Source of the DNA: the human T2T-CHM13v2.0 reference genome, Homo sapiens
Assembly: GCF_009914755.1 (NCBI RefSeq)
Contig: NC_060935.1
Strand: one strand, 5' to 3'
Length of the DNA stretch: 64,000 bases
Positions 15,166 through 30,242 of this stretch are shown one piece after another. Under the pieces are notes generated by a model. That model ran no database searches and was not told where the DNA came from. It worked only from the letters and a program-made list of their open reading frames with translations. The position numbers and the translations under genes were made by a program. Within the stretch, counting starts at the first letter, position 1; each line of letters opens with the position of its first letter.

Positions 15166-16249
15166 AACTGCTTACATTTCTAAATTAGGCAGAAGATCCA
15201 TATAGAAGGTTTGGGCCTTTGTGGGTCTGTTAGTGTAAACATTTTAAATATACAATTTAAAATAAGATGCTTACCCCAAAATAACAACAGTAATAATAAT
15301 AACTTATCAAGAACTTACAATATGACAAGCACTGTGCTAAAATTTTTACATATGTCCCATCTTATTTAGGTCTCTCAATCATCTTATAAGCCAGGTATCA
15401 TTTTCCCTTCTATTTTACATTTGAGTTTGTAAGAGGCAGGTATCAGTTCTAACCCAGGTAGGATAATGACCAAGCTTAGGCTTCGAACCGTCTTACTAAA
15501 TGGCTCCCCGTTTGTGTTATGAAATAGAATTTGACATTTTTGGGGTCACTTTGGGGGTGATCAGCCAAGCCCCCACGAACCTCTCCCTTTCTGCTTTCAT
15601 CTGCTTCTCTCAGGTGTCTGATCTCCTCAGGCAGGATTAAACCAGGCATGGGGTGCGGGGAGGGCTTTGGGTGGAGGGGCAGCTTCCAACGTTGCAGCGG
15701 TGAAATTGTGCTGGGAAGTAGGCGGGGCGGCGGGGGTTGCTCCTCATGGAGTGAACAGGCACTGGCCACTGGAACCTGGTTTCTTGGCAGTGCAGCCTCC
15801 AAGATGGATGGCCATGGCCTTCAGGGCTGGACAACCACTTCGCGGGGCTTTGATGCTCAAAGCAGAGCAAATGTGAGCCGGCCGCCTGGCCACAGCTGCC
15901 TCTCATTAGGGTCTGCTTCCTCCAGCCCAGGACAAGGTGGGCCCACGAGGTAAGCGGGGGCAAACACCATATGTGTCACCCCATCTGGCTGCAAAACCCT
16001 GCTCTTGACTTCTTGCCCCCAAATCCTCTTCCGAGTCCCCCACCCAACATCCCCCTGGTTCTTCAGGCCAGAATCTGAAGTCTGAACAGGTCTTCCCTCC
16101 CCATCATCACTACTTCCCCACATTGAATCCATCAGCAAATCCTATCGGCTCTGTTTTCAAAATAATCTTCAGTCTAACCAGCCTTCTCAACTCCATTGAT
16201 AGCACCTAAGTCACATTCAGTCTGGCCTGGTTAAGGGCAGGAGCCTCTG

Positions 16250-16670
16250 GTTATGGGTCAAATTGTGCCCACCAATTAAATGTATATGTTCAAATCCAGG
16301 CTCCCCCACCCAGCACCTCAGAATGTGATCTTCTTTGGAAATAGGGTCACTGCTGGTGTGATTACTTAACGTGAGGTCATACTGGAGTAGTATGGGCCCC
16401 TAATGTTCCTATTTAAAGGGGAAATTTAGACACAGACATGGACGTGGGAGAATGCCTTGTAAAGATGAAGGTGGAGATTATGGTGATGCCAAAGATTGTC
16501 AACAAACTACCAGAAGCTAGGTAAGAGATAGGAAATGAATTTTCCCTCCCAGCTCTCAGAAGGAACCACCCCTGCTGACACCTTGATATCAGATTTTTTT
16601 AAGTGTGGGATGATGAATTTCTATTGTTTAAGCCTCCCAGTTGGAGATGCTTTGTCACAGGAGCCCTGGG
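16250..16670 (+). mobile_element. MLT1B/C-like MaLR LTR
   Basis: 'ttatgggtcaaattgtgccc...cctcagaatgtgatcttctttggaaatagggtc...gaggtcatactggagtag...ttgtttaagcc'. Confidence 0.8.
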
Positions 16671-17027
16671 CAGGTGCAGCACCACCGAACTGGATTCTCC
16701 ACCTCCTCTTGCCTCCCTCCCCATTCACCCCCACTCACATGGCACTCCACAGAAGACTGATACTTCAACAATTCCAATTTGGACCATGTCATTCCCCTGC
16801 CTAGAATTGTGTGCAAGCTTACCATGGCCTTGGGAGGTAAGCCAGGCCCTGGGAGACCTCACTCCTTCCTTTCTTCCTCTTTCTCCCTAGCCCTCTGCCC
16901 TCTGCCTACCCCAGCCTTCATGTCCATCTTGAGCATGCCCCACCCTTCTAAGGGACTTTGCAAATACTGTGCCCTCACTCTCTTCCAAGTCTTTGTACAA
17001 TCACCTTGTCTAAAGAGCCAAGGAAGG

Positions 17028-17335
17028 GGCCGGGAGCGGTGACTCACACCTGTAATCCTAGTACTTTGGGAGGCCGAGAAGGGTGGATCACGTGAGGTCG
17101 GGAGTTCAAGACTAGTCTGGTCAACATGGTGAAACCCTGTTTCTATTAAAAATATAAAAAAAAATTAGCTGGGTGTGGTGGTGGCCACCTGTAATCCTGA
17201 TTACTTGGGAGGCTGAGGCAGGAGAATTGCTTGAACCCAGGAGATGAAGGTTGCAATGAGCCAATACGGTGCCACTGCGCTCCAGCTTGGGCGACAGAGT
17301 GAGACACTCTGTCAAAAAAAAAAAAAAAAAAAGAA
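17028..17335 (+). mobile_element. Alu SINE (AluS-like)
   Basis: Full Alu with polyA. TSD-like 'agccaaggaa' on both sides. Confidence 0.95.
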
Positions 17336-19607
17336 AGCCAAGGAAACACTGATGAGGAGGAAGAGGATAGAGAAGGGAAGGCAGGAAAGGACCCTGATGG
17401 AGGCTGACCAGCCTGTGCCCAGCTCACAGCCTCTGAGGGGAGAGAGCTGCTCACCAGAGATTTGAAGTTTTAAAGTGCAGAACCAGACTCTCACCCCAGT
17501 TCTTCTGTAGGGACTTGTGTAACCTCAGATAAGTCTCTGGTATGGTGATGCAGGCTTTGGCTTGCCCATCTGTAAAATGGATCAACATATGACTTCATTT
17601 AATACTCTCAACATCAGTGTGAGGTAGGTGATGTCTCAATAGATGCTGTTAGTGTTTTCATTTGTTAGAGGGGAAAACTCAGGCTGGGGTAGATGAAGCA
17701 ACTTGCCTAAGATTATCCAGTATGAGAAATGGCAGAACTGGGATTTGAAACTGAATCTGTCTGACTCCAGAATTCACACATGTGGTCACTGTGCTACTAT
17801 GATGGTTCTGAGAAGCTGGGCCACTGACTATCCACAACTGTAAAATGGGCAGATTATGAGACTTTGGGTGCATCTGTACAATGTAATTCCGTGGAGATGA
17901 TCCAAAAGACAAAGTGCATCTAGATACACTGAGGTGGAAAGCACCCCACCCGCACACGCGTGTAGATAACGTGCACATTGAACACATTGTGTGTCCTCTG
18001 TTCTTTGGCTTCAACAGGACAGAAATTCCAAAGCCACCCAAGAGAAATCTCCAGGCTCTCCCCAAAGGCAATGGCCGCTACTCTTGGGGAGAGGGAGAAA
18101 CAGCTGGGGTAGCCTCTGGAATTTTGCCAGCATGGAGATGATCCTGTGGAACACACGTTCCAAAGTTTTTTCAACTTTATACCAGCTCTGAGGTTTAAAA
18201 AAAAAAAGGAGGTTAATAAACAAAATCATAAGATCAATATGATTGGAGCAAAAAATTGCTTTGAAACAGTCCTAGTGTAGGTTGCATATTATTAATGGGA
18301 AGTCCCCAAATACAGTCACCTCCAAACAACAACTTCTGACCAGTGTCCAGCCTCTTTAGGGGGCCAGGCTCAGGGCTAAGATTTTTATCCGTCTACTCTC
18401 ATTTAATGCTGAAACAACCCTCTGAGGGTTCATAGGAGGAGGGGTTCCCTTACCCATTTTTCAGGAAGAGAAACTGAGCTTTGGTGATAGTGAGTCCTTG
18501 GCCAATCAGTGACCAAGCTGGAGATTTCAGCCAGATCTATGGATTGCAGAGCCCATGCCATCAGCCACACTGGGAGCGTGGCAGGCCAAGATGTGACCTC
18601 TTTATTAACATGTTTTTCTACAACTTCTTAAGCCTTTGACACTCCCCACCTCTCACCTGCAAATAATGCGTCTTTAACTTCAAGGAGCCTTTCACCATTG
18701 TTCCCAGGGACGATGTATATCACAAGCAACTGAGAAAGAACAGAGTCCACAATCCAGCTCTAATTCTCTTCCACTTAGGGGAAAAGCTGAACGATTTGGG
18801 AAGAGGATTTCTTCATGAGCTTGGAAGGGCAAAGCTGGAAGGGGTAGCAGGAGACTGTCTCAGAATGGGGACTCTGCCTGGCACCTGGGCCGAATCTGGA
18901 GGCAGAAGATGGGAATCATAGCCCCTTACACTAGGAGGTGGGTGAGCAGAGGGACGTTTCTGTCCCTCCCCAGGGAAAGCCCAGCAAGCCTGCGTGTGTT
19001 TGTGCACACTGGCTGCATGGGGGGGTGGGGGAGTGGGGGATGGCATTGGGCTGTGCCCACATCCTCAAACGCGCAGAGCCTGGAGAAAAGTCGTGGAGTG
19101 TGGGGTCCCCACAGTCTCCCCAGGGTGTGGTGGGAGAACCCCCGGAGCCCAGGGAAACCACACCACCGCTAAGGACAGGAAGGTGGTGGCCCAAAGCAGG
19201 ACCCGGCCAGGAGGTAAGGAGAATCCCAAGCTGTGAGGAGCCTGGAGGAGGCCTAGCTGCTCCCACGGTCCCAACCTGAGGGTCTGGCGGCTGAGAACAG
19301 CCATCACCATCATCACCGTCATTGGAGGATGAAAGGATGGCAGCTGCCCAGACCCGAGGAAGCCCTGCCTCCCACTTGGGCCCAGTAAAATCCTGAGAAA
19401 CTCATGGCAGTGGGTGTGGCCGCGCAATACAGCATCAGCACAGGGAGGGTCCAGGGAGAAATCAGCTCATCCCGAAAAAAGAAAGAGGTCACATTGACTT
19501 ACACATCTGAGTTTATCACCTGCAAAGGGTTACCCGCCTTAGGATTCTGCCTCACACTAGTGCTTCCTGCTAGGATGTGCAGTTCTGTGCACCCCTACCT
19601 TTCTTCC

Positions 19608-20215
19608 TACACACACACACCACACACGCACATATACCCTCCATACACTCTCCACCCCCGACACACACACCACCCCACACTCTTCATATGCTCTCCATAC
19701 ACACGCCCTGTCTCCACATACTCACCGCACACCCTCCATACACTACACACACACCACACACACACCAAACCACACTCTCCATACACTCTACACACACACA
19801 CTACACACTCTCCATACTCTCTCCACACACACACACACTGTCTCCACAAGCACCACACACCCTCCATACACTCTACACACACACACCCTCCATACACTCT
19901 TCACACACACACATTCTCCACACACACGCCACACACACTTTCCATGCACACACACATTCTACATACACACACACTCCACACCCTCCACACACACACACCC
20001 TCTGTACACACACCCTACACATACACCTCATACACCCTCCATATACTCTTCACACACATTCTACACACACACACCCCCTCCATACACACTCCCCTACACA
20101 CACCATACACTCTACACACACACACCCTCCGTATACTCTTCACACACACATTCTACAGACACACACACACCCTCTGTACACACACCCTTCACATACAGCA
20201 CACACACCCTCCACA
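19608..20215. repeat. Degenerate (CA)-rich tandem/low-complexity array, about 600 bp
   Basis: Recurrent units such as 'ccctccatacactct' and 'cacacacaca'; the + strand is nearly free of G. Confidence 0.95.
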
Positions 20216-20289
20216 TGGAGACTCTGAGGCCCAAGAGGATCTCTCTGTGACCCTGTGTGAAAGGCAGAATAATACCACCTCCATATATC

Positions 20290-21090
20290 CCCAAGCCCTA
20301 GTCCCCAGAATCTGTGATATGCTATGTTCCATGACAAGGGAGAATTAAGGTTTGTCCTGGTCTGCTTCAGCTGCTGTAACAAAATGCCCTAGACTGGGTG
20401 GCTTAAACAACAGGCATTTATTTCTCAAGGTTCTGGAGGCTGGGAAGTCCACGGTCAAGGGGCCAGGAGGGTAGAGGTCTGGTTAGGGCTCGATTCCTGG
20501 CTTGTTGACAGGCCTCTTCACCAAGTCCTCACATGGCTGAGGCCAGAGAGAGGGCTTACTTAGCCCTTTTCCTCTTATAATGACACTAATCCCATCATGG
20601 GGGCCCCACCCTCATGACCTAATCACCTCCCGAAGGCCCCATTTCCTAATACCATTGCATTGGAGCTTCGGGCTCCAACCCATGAATTTGGAGGGACACA
20701 AACATTCAATCCATAGCAAGATTATAGAAGGAACTGGGGTTGTTAATCAGCTGACCTTGAGTTGGGGAGATTATCCTGGATTATCTGGGTGGTCCTTACA
20801 AGTGAAAGAGGGCAGTGAGAGTCGGTGTCAGAGCTGGAGAGAGATTTGAAGATGCCACGCCACCTTTGGAGATGGAGGAAGGAGCCGGAGCCACAGAACG
20901 TGGGTATCTTCCAGAAGATGCAAAAGACAAAGGAGTAGATTCTCCCCTGGAGCCTTCAGGAGGAATGTAGCCCTGCAGACACTTTGATTTTAGCCCAGCC
21001 AGACCCATTTTGGACTTCTGCCCTCCAAAACCATAAGATGATACATTGTTATTGTTTTTGGTGACTAAGCGTGTTACAGCAGCAATGAGT
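20290..21090 (+). mobile_element. MLT1D/E-like MaLR LTR, split by a nested MLT1A
   Basis: 'ggagaattaaggtt' resumes as 'gttaatcagctgaccttga...ggagattatcctggattatctgggtgg' after 20718. Confidence 0.7.
20353..20718 (-). mobile_element. MLT1A-like MaLR LTR
   Basis: TG...CA termini, with 'gctgctgtaacaaaatgccctagactgggtggcttaaacaac' and 'aaacattcaatccatagca'. 5-bp TSD aggtt/agatt. Confidence 0.85.
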
Positions 21091-21201
21091 CTAGTGCTAT
21101 CTGTTTCCTCAGCACAGCACTTTCCCTTTGCCTCCTGGCCTCTCTTCTGCTGTCTCCCACCCCACCCATTTTATCACATTGCTGTTGCTCTCCTGGTCCC
21201 C

Positions 21202-21596
21202 TACTACGGTTTGGATCTGTGTCCCCACCCAAATCTCATGTTGAAATGTAATCCCCAATGGTGGAGGTGTGGCGTGGTGGGAGGTGATTGGATCACAAGA
21301 GTGGTTTCTCATGGTTTAACACCATCCTTCCTTACTGCTGTCATTGAGATAGTGAGATATGGTTGTTTGAAAGTGTCTAGCACTTCCTTCCACACTTCCT
21401 CCTGCTCCGGCCTTGTGAAGTGCTCACTCTCCCTTTGCCTTCAGCCATGATTGTAAGTGTCCTAAGGCCTCCTCAGAAGCTGAGCAGATGCCACCATCAT
21501 GTTTTCTGTATAGCCTGCTGAACCATGAGCCTCTTTTCTTTATAAATGACCCAGTTTCAGTTTTTTTTTATAGCAGTGTGAGAATTGACTAATATA
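21202..21596 (+). mobile_element. MST (MSTA/MSTB-like) MaLR solo LTR
   Basis: 'ggtttggatctgtgtccccacccaaatctcatgttgaaatgtaatcccc...ggaggtgattggatca...gactaata'. Confidence 0.85.
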
Positions 21597-23896
21597 CTCC
21601 ACAATCACTTTCTCTTCCTTGGACTTCTAACTCCAGCCCAGAGCAGGGGCCACTCTGAATCTTTTTTTTTTTTTTTTTTTTTTTACCAGTTTTGGGCCAG
21701 GCAGCTCCCAAGTTTCAATTTCCATGGGGCAAAGTGGGAGCAAGCAGCCTGGGACAGGGGCCTGGACCCCCAGGCCTCCTTGGTCTTTTCTGGGGCGGGG
21801 GCAGTTGCTTCCACCCACCCCCCAAGCCAAGGGTGGGTGTGGAGGCCCAAGGTGGGCTAGGAGCAGGAAAGCAGGGAAGAGGCAGGGTGGATGGAGTGGG
21901 AGAGAGGCCGTCTCGAAGGTACCAGAGTGAGTCACACCTCGTAAAGCAGTGTGAACTGGAGCATGGAGAGTTACTGCCATCGGGACTTTCATGTCCTTTC
22001 AATAAAGCCTTATCAGCACCAAGCTGCATTTTTGGCTCTTAATTCCAGATGTGGCCCCAGCCGGTCCCCAGCAGGGCCTCCTTTCTCCCTGCCTTCTTTC
22101 TACACGGGCCACTCAAGGCAATGCTGGGCCAGCTGAAGGAGTGAGACATCCAAGTAGCCTAAATCAGCCTTTCAGGGCTGGGTTCTGGGTCACAGGAGCC
22201 AGACAAGCCCAGCCAGTTTAGAGGAAGGTCATGGATGCAGATTTCTGCCCCATGAGGCAGAGAGAGAGGAGGACCTGCTGGTGGCTCTGCCAAAGGTCTG
22301 GCTGAAAGACAGGGAGGTGGCCACATCCTGGGCTAATGCTGGGACACCTGGATCTTCACCCCAGCACTGTCCTTGACTCAAATGATAATCTTGGACAAGT
22401 CAGTTTGTTTTTCTAGCCTCAATAGTCTTGGCAAAACAAGGAACTTGCTCTAGCTTCTTTTGTTAATTAGTCAATAATTATCTAGAAAACCAGTAGTGCA
22501 TGCTGGTTTCTGTTGTGGTCCTGGGCGATGTAGGGTGAGTGAAGAGCAGGGTCTTGTAAAGCATTCATTCCAGCAGGGAGAGGCAGACAAATCCCAATAA
22601 AACACAGAAAAGGGCAAAATAACCACAGACTGTGAGCAATGCTGTGCAACAAAGGAAAGAGGATGATACGATGGAGGGACGCTTAGAGGAGGAGTCTTCC
22701 TTAGGAAGGTGGTCAGGGGCACCTTCTCTGAAGGGGAACTTTGAGCTGAAACAAATGGGATGATGTAGAGGAAGAGCATTCCTGGCAGAAGGAGCAGTGA
22801 GTGCAAAATCCCCAGGTGGGAATAAGTTTGGAGATTCGGAGAAAGAAAAGCCCTTATAGCCTGCAAGTGTGTGAGACAGAGAGAGAGAGGAGCAGGAGGG
22901 GAGGGCGGTCTGATAGGTGGGGTCAGATTTCTTTGAATTAATTAGGACCAGTTCAGGTGCATGTCCAAAAAGTACAGAGGTATGTAGTTTGGGGCTGGTA
23001 TGACATTCCAGACTGTCACATCCCCAGCTGCTTCTATGTTGCTATTCCACAGCCAAAGCATGAGGTTCATTCCTCATGGCCCAAAATGGCTGCTTGAGCT
23101 CCAGACATCAAGTCCGCTTTCCAATTATCCAGAAGGAGGAAGGAGAAAAAGAAGCCAGATTTTCTCCCTTTAAGGGCACTGCCCAGTATTTGAACACACC
23201 ATTTCTGCTTACATCGTATTACCAGGAATGCTGGAAAGCATATTCTTTATTCCAGTTGGTTACATGCCCAGCTAAGAATCAGGGGTTATATTACTCAGGA
23301 GGAAAAGGAGAATAGGCATGGGGTAGACAACTGGCAACTCTGCCAGCTCCCTACAAGGCAGAGAGTTCTCATGCAGAGCCTCCCGTGCCTCATCCACCAC
23401 TCACACCCACATCCAACAACAGACTCATCATTTACCCTCCAACACCAAATCTTCCTGATCTCAGGAATTAGTGACACTGTCTGGTCAGTTGCCCAAGAGA
23501 GGAATTTGATGACTCTCTACATTCCCCGCAAGAACCACATCCAATATATTACCAAGGCCTGCCCATTCAACCCCCCAAATATATCCCGTCTGTTCTCTTT
23601 ATCTCTCCTGCCACTGCCCTCATGGAAAGCCCATCTGTTCCCTGGTCCTCTGCCATAGCCCACAGATTGGTCTTCCTGCTTCCTCACATCAACTCTGCAC
23701 AGAGCAGCCACCAGTCTGAAGGCCACTGGCTCTGTCAGAAGTTGTTCAGTGCCTTTCAGAATAACAATAATAAAGTCCTAAATCCATGATGTGGTCCTGC
23801 AATGACCAGGCCCTGCTTTGTCTCTTGTGCACTGTCTCCAGTTCTCCATCCCCTGCTTTTTGTCTCTCCTCTCCCTTCCGCCACATTGGCCCTCTT

Positions 23897-24230
<334 letters not shown>

Positions 24231-25059
24231 ACGCTGGCCTTCTTTCAAGTCATCAAACACTCCGTGGTCTCTCCTATCACAGGACCTTTGCACATGCACT
24301 TCTGTCTGCCAGGAATGCTCTGCTTGCCTCCTTTCTCCCCAGTAAGTCCTATTTCAGAGAGCCTCCCCTGACCTACCACTTCCACCCTAGACTCAGCCAT
24401 TTGCTCCCACAGCACCCTGTACATCTCACATACAGCATTTGTCACCATTGCAATTAACTAATTGTTTAATGGCTTCTCCTGTCAGAACATAGCTCCCTGG
24501 GGTAGGGAATGTATTGTGTTCAGGAACGGGTCCTGGTCCCCGGCACAAAGGGGTGTCCAATCTTTGCTGGTTCAATGAATACATTTCACTTCTCTGTGCC
24601 TTGCTGCACACCCAGCCCTGCACCAGCCGATGCCTCTTGATCCTGAAGAATGAGACTTTTGAACATCTGGGGGGTGAGAAACTTCATGTGAATGGTGGTG
24701 CTGCATCTGTATGGGCTACTCATGGCAAGATAAGACTTACACTTCTGAAAGAGGCCTTAGAGTTTCATGAAGTGCTGGGTTCTCAGCTACATGTGGCAGA
24801 GTGCATCTCTGGGTTTTAGTAACAGGATTAAATCTCACTTGAGACCTCCAGCAGGCGGAATTCCAGAAGGCAAGAGAGAGACGGGTGATCAGGGGCTGGT
24901 GGGGAGGGGAGGAAGGAAAGCTTTCAGCAGGATTTAAAGGAAGCCAGGGTGGTTACAGACAGCTGCACAGAGGCAGGCGGTATCAGGAGCCCAGAAGCCC
25001 AACCCACAAACGGAATGTCTTTTTAGGCCTCGTTTGTGGAGGAAATCTCAAACTTTTAC

Positions 25060-25546
<487 letters not shown>

Positions 25547-28500
25547 TGATCAGTGTGGGCATGATCAGGGGACCATAGCTGTGGGCTCACCTGGGTCCCT
25601 ATTGCACTGAGTGACACTGAACATGTTGCTTCCACTATCTTGGCCTGCCTCAGTTTCCCTCTCTGTAAAAAAGGAGTGGTTGAACTAGCAGATCTTGAGA
25701 GTCCTTGCAATTAGCTCTCATACTGATGAAATGCTCTCTGGAAAATGTAGGAGACCTATTTAGATGTGAATGTTACTATTAGTCAGTCTGGGCTAGGCTG
25801 TACAGTGTATAACTGACGAACCCTGACATCTCGGTGGCTTAGCACAATAATGACATATTTCTCCCTCACATAAAATCTGTTGCATCATCTGGAACACGCG
25901 TCCTCCACGTCCTGAGGCAGGGGAGAGAACGACGAAGAAGGCACTTTGGCTCTGACCGCCTCTGCCTGGAAGTACAGTTTCCATTCACGTTCTGCTGGTC
26001 AAAGGAGTCACGTGGCTCCACCCAGCCACAAGGGAGTCTGGGAGGTGGAAGGAGCCCTTGGAATATGTGGTGAGTTCCGACTGTCTCTTTCACCCTCCAT
26101 GATATGATGTTGGGTTGGAAAAACCTCTACACTCATGAGTGTAACTCACCAGCATCGAGCACCTTCTACGTGTGTACCCCAAAATAGGGCCACACCCTGG
26201 ACACTCTCCTTTGCTCCACTCACATTCCAGCTGACATGCAGAGACCCCAATCTCTCCTGCACACCCACCACTCCTCAGCGGAACATCCAGCACCTCAAAG
26301 ACATCTGGAATCCCTCCTTCCTAGTGGGAGACATGGAACTAGCCACAGAAGGTGTCTCGCCAACTGTGGGGCATCCTTGGTATGACTAAGGGGACGTCTG
26401 TTCCCCCTTTGTCTTGAATATGGTCAAGGTAAATGGAAAAGGGGATTGGCCTTTCAACCAAAGAGAAAACATTTGAAACCTTGAACTTGCTAAGTCTGTC
26501 ATTCTCGTACCACACAGCCCTCCACCCACCCATTCTGTTATTCAACAGGCATTTTATGCCAGACATTGGATGAGACTTTGGGGTGTAGAGCCCTAGAATG
26601 TACAAAGTTTTGTTGGGTGCACAAGGAGAATGGTATAAGGGTATGGCCCTTAGGGCAAGTCTAACTGGCTTTTGCTGAAACCAATAATAAGCAGGTAATC
26701 GTAATGATAATGAAGATGCTGAAGACAATGGTGATAGCTTCTGTCTCCTGAGTGGTAATTATGTGCCAGGCACTGGGTACTGTGTTTAATGTCTTACAAA
26801 TATGATTGCCATTGATCTTCAAAACAACCCCAGTGAAGTCAGAGTTATTATCCCCATTTTCCCCGTTTTCTTGATAATTCAACATCCAAAGCCAGCCTAC
26901 GAGTCCAGGTACAGCACAGCTGGCTGTGCCCTTTCGAGGTTTGTTCAGCAATGGTGGTAGCATCTCCAATGGATCCATTCTGCCCAGGGATTAAAGGCAT
27001 CCTTCCTCACTGCGTAGCCTCTAAGCCTGCTTCTCCAGCCCCTGTCTCCTTAAATTAGCCACATTGGTTTGTGTCGCCTGCTACAAGGAACTCTGTGTAG
27101 TTGATGTCAACCAGCAGGAAAATATCCCAGCAAAAGATGAGAGGAATCCACTAGTGCCTCAAAGATGCCATCTTTTCCTTCCCCCTCTGTCTCTGCCTGA
27201 GTTCAAGGTCACACCAACTCTTCCTGGATTATTAAAATGGCCACTACATGGCCCTCCCTATGTCCACAGTTTGCTCCTTTAACCATTGTTCACACAGCTG
27301 TGAGGGGACCCTCTCTAACATAGAAATCTGACCTGTCACCCCCAGCTTCTAAGTGTCTGCAGGTCCCAGTGACCAGGAGGTCAAGGGCTCCATCCTCCAC
27401 CATGCCTTTCTGGCCCTTCAGATCTGCCACTGTCTGCCTACCTCCAATCATGTCCTCTATTGGCTGCCTCTGGACAGTTCTCCAAATGTGCCATTGACAC
27501 TAAGTCCTCTGAGCCTTGATTCACATGGTTCTATCCAGTAAATAGTTGTAATATTGAGCCCTGTGCTTGTCCCATCTTCATCCCCAGTACCTGGCACATA
27601 TTGAGTTCTCAGTAAGAAGAACTTAACTGAATTAAGTTCAGTTAAGTTGTTGAATTAACTGAATTAAAATGAAATGGGACTCTGAGTGGTCATCTAATTC
27701 AGAGGTCTCAAATGGGTTTCCCAAAGGCTGAATTCAGCTAGCATCATTTAAAGATTTTATTTTAACTAGCTGTCAGCTTTTTCTAAAGGAAAGATTCCAC
27801 ATAGGAATGGATGCAACTTTCTGACTTCTCTTCTATAAGCAGAAGAGCTGCTCCTGCTTTCCTTCCCAGCCTACATTCTGCTCTGACAATAATCGCGTTG
27901 GTGGGAGCAGAGTGGCGGATGTTTCTTATAAACAGGACAAGGGTTCTCCATTTTTCTGCAGCTCCTACCCAGCTCACCTTTCTCTTTTTGGCAAAATCTG
28001 TCTTGGGCTCTTATAAGCACTAAAATTTTCAGTGCCTGAACTGTTTGAAACCTTATTTTACAAGTGGACATAGATGCCTGCTAGGGGCTTGTCCAAGTTT
28101 GCATTTGGGGGAAAGCTGGGGCTGGGACTGAGGTCCCCAGGTCCTAACTCTGGTCCACCATCTGTCACGCCATCCCCATGCATCGCTCTCCATTCGATGG
28201 AAGCGGCCCTGCAGGCCCCACACGTGCTGGAATCTCCGTTTTGGATTTGCCTTAAGCTCCTTTTGCTACAAGGTTGGGGATGTTTAGAGCCTCCTAAGTC
28301 TACATAAACTCCTCCCTATACCACCCCCAACGAGCTCCTCCGATGCCCCCTAGCTCAGCGTCCAGGGCCACATCCATCACAGACACTGGGCTGTCAGCAC
28401 GGCCACGTGCCCCTCACAAAAGCCTGAATCCAGAATGGATTTATCCCGGGGGGAGCTTTGTTATGCTTTTATGTCTTCAATTCATTAGATGTTCTGTCAG

Positions 28501-28852
28501 CAGCATAAATCAGGACCGGACTTTCTTCTTGCACACTCGGGAACAGAAAAGACACGCAGGGAACAGATCTGAAACTCACAGAGGGCTAAACACAGAAGAC
28601 CACGTTTTATCACCCCCCCATCCCATATTTATTCATTATTTTTTTAACCAAAAAGAGATCTGAGAGAGATTCCAGGCATTGGGGGAGAGTGAGGAGGGAG
28701 GATGGATGGGGAAACTGAAGTTGAAGTTATTGGTTTTCCCATAATCCTATGAGATTGTCCCTAATTTTCCTCAATTCCATAGTTTTAAAAATCCTATTAT
28801 TCTTCCCTGGCACACCTAAGGGGAGTTATTTTTAAAAAAATAAACCCAATCA

Positions 28853-29182
<330 letters not shown>

Positions 29183-29406
29183 TTAAACTCTTCAATAGCT
29201 CTCCATCACAATGGGAACAAAATCCAAACTCCCTACCGGGGGCCTGGCCCATGCCTTCCTCTCCCATTTCATCTTGCACAACTCTCTCCCTTTGCTCAAT
29301 AAGTTGCAAAAACGTTTTTCATTCATTCAATGCAAGTTTAATGAGCACCTACTAGGTGCCAGGTACTTTTATAGGCCCTCAGGTAGGGTCTATAAAAGCT
29401 CCGAGG

Positions 29407-29670
29407 GGGCACCAGTGAATGGTACAGACAGAGCTGGTGGGAAAGGCAGATGTCTTATAAACAGGTAATTGAAGACTTCATTAATTACAGCTAGGCACAG
29501 AAGAGACTGCATTATAGGAAAGCCCACCAAGACTGAATTGTTGCCTTCCAGAGCAGAACCACATCTCTGTTCTTCAGGAAAGCCTTTTCTGATCTACAAC
29601 TCACTCATTCATTCATTCATTTATTCATTGAACAAATATTCATAAAAGGTCTACTAGGGACAGTATATAT
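29407..29670. repeat. Copy 1 of local duplication (segment A 29407-29566, segment B 29563-29670)
   Basis: A matches the reverse complement of 32111-32270 (about 92%). B matches 31994-32101 directly (about 94%). Hand alignment. Confidence 0.93.
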
Positions 29671-29809
29671 AAAGTTAGTAGGGAACAAACAGACGTACAT
29701 TCCTGCCTTATGAAGCTTACATTTTGGTGAAAGTGAGACAATATCCTAAATGAACAAACACATGTATAATATGTCAAATGTGACAAGTGCTATTAAAGAA
29801 GAAACCAGA

Positions 29810-30242
29810 GGCCAGGCCCAGTGTGGCATGCCTGTAATACCAGGTACCCAGGAGGCTGAGGCAGGAGGATCGCTGGAGCCCAGGAGTTTGAGGCCAGCCT
29901 GGATGACATGGTGAACCCCCGTCTCTGAAAAAAATTTTACAGGCCAGGCACAGTGGCTCACATCTGTAATCCCAGCACTTTGGGAGACTCAGGTAGGCAG
30001 AGAACTTGAGCCTAGGAGTTCAAGACCAGCCTGGGCAACATGGCAAAACCCCATCTGTACAAAAAAAAATACAAAAATTAGCAGGGTGTGGTAGTGCACA
30101 CCTGTAGTCCCAGCTACTCAGGAGGCTGAGATGGGAAGATCGCTTGAGCTGGGGAGGTGGAGGCTGCAGTGAGCAGAGATCATGCTACTGCATTTTAGCC
30201 TGGGCAACAGAGTGAGACCCTTTCTCCAAAAAAAAAAAAAAA
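29810..30242 (+). mobile_element. Alu monomer (FLAM-like, 29810-29935) followed by a full AluJ-like element (29942-30242), inside an L2
   Basis: Three consecutive Alu arms, each with an A-rich linker or tail. Confidence 0.9.

Noticed and set aside
19404-20348. 314-aa His/Thr-rich ORF and overlapping ORFs
   Set aside because: Translation of the CA-rich array, which lacks stop codons by composition. No evidence of coding.
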